DNA from: Lama glama
Lineage: Eukaryota
NCBI GenBank assembly: GCA_028534125.1
Contig: CM052816.1
Coordinates: 40,178,001-40,242,000, forward strand
Direction of reading: 5' to 3'
DNA length: 64,000 bases
A program made the position numbers and the translations under genes. Below, piece after piece: positions 63,887-64,000 of the stretch. The notes under the pieces are model-generated. The model saw only the letters and a program-made list of their open reading frames with translations, ran no database searches and was not told where the DNA came from. The number at the start of each line of letters is the position of its first letter. Position 1 is the first letter of the stretch.

Positions 63887-64000
63887 AAATGTGACAATGA
63901 ATATATATATGTTCATGTATAACTGAAAACGGTGCTCTACACTGGAATTTGACGCAACATTGTAAAATGATTATAAATCAATAAAAGTATTAAAAAATAA
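63887..64000 (+). mobile_element. Young camelid-type L1 extreme 3' end (runs off window)
   Basis: gtgacaatgaatatatatatgttcatgtataactgaaaacggtgctctacactggaatttgacgcaacattgtaaaatgattataaatcaataaaa; near-identical to reverse complement of 48951-49053. Confidence 0.95.

Overview
AT-rich, CpG-poor mammalian genomic DNA, intronic or intergenic. It is most likely camelid (alpaca/llama/camel), judged from a Vic-1-type tRNA-derived SINE and camelid-type young L1 3' ends recognised from memory. No protein-coding gene can be supported: the ORF track holds only short chance ORFs, many inside repeats. Much of the window is transposable-element debris (MIR, L2, L3/CR1, old L1M, MaLR MLT1 LTRs, LTR40, hAT and Tigger DNA transposons), several nested, plus a few lineage-specific young insertions. 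The best-supported unusual structure is a 5'-truncated young L1 carrying a ~150-bp 3' transduction, with two poly(A) tails, an AATAAA 19 nt before the distal tail, a CTATTTCT target-site duplication and a TTCT/AA nick site (48776-49340). Weaker candidates are an unidentified GC-rich retrocopy-like insert (45980-46385), splice-site-bounded non-coding exons in the first 3 kb, and several repeat-free, motif-rich possible enhancers. I found no convincing evidence of a new multi-gene system. Repeat names come from recalled consensus sequences, not a database search, and boundaries are approximate unless junctions are quoted.
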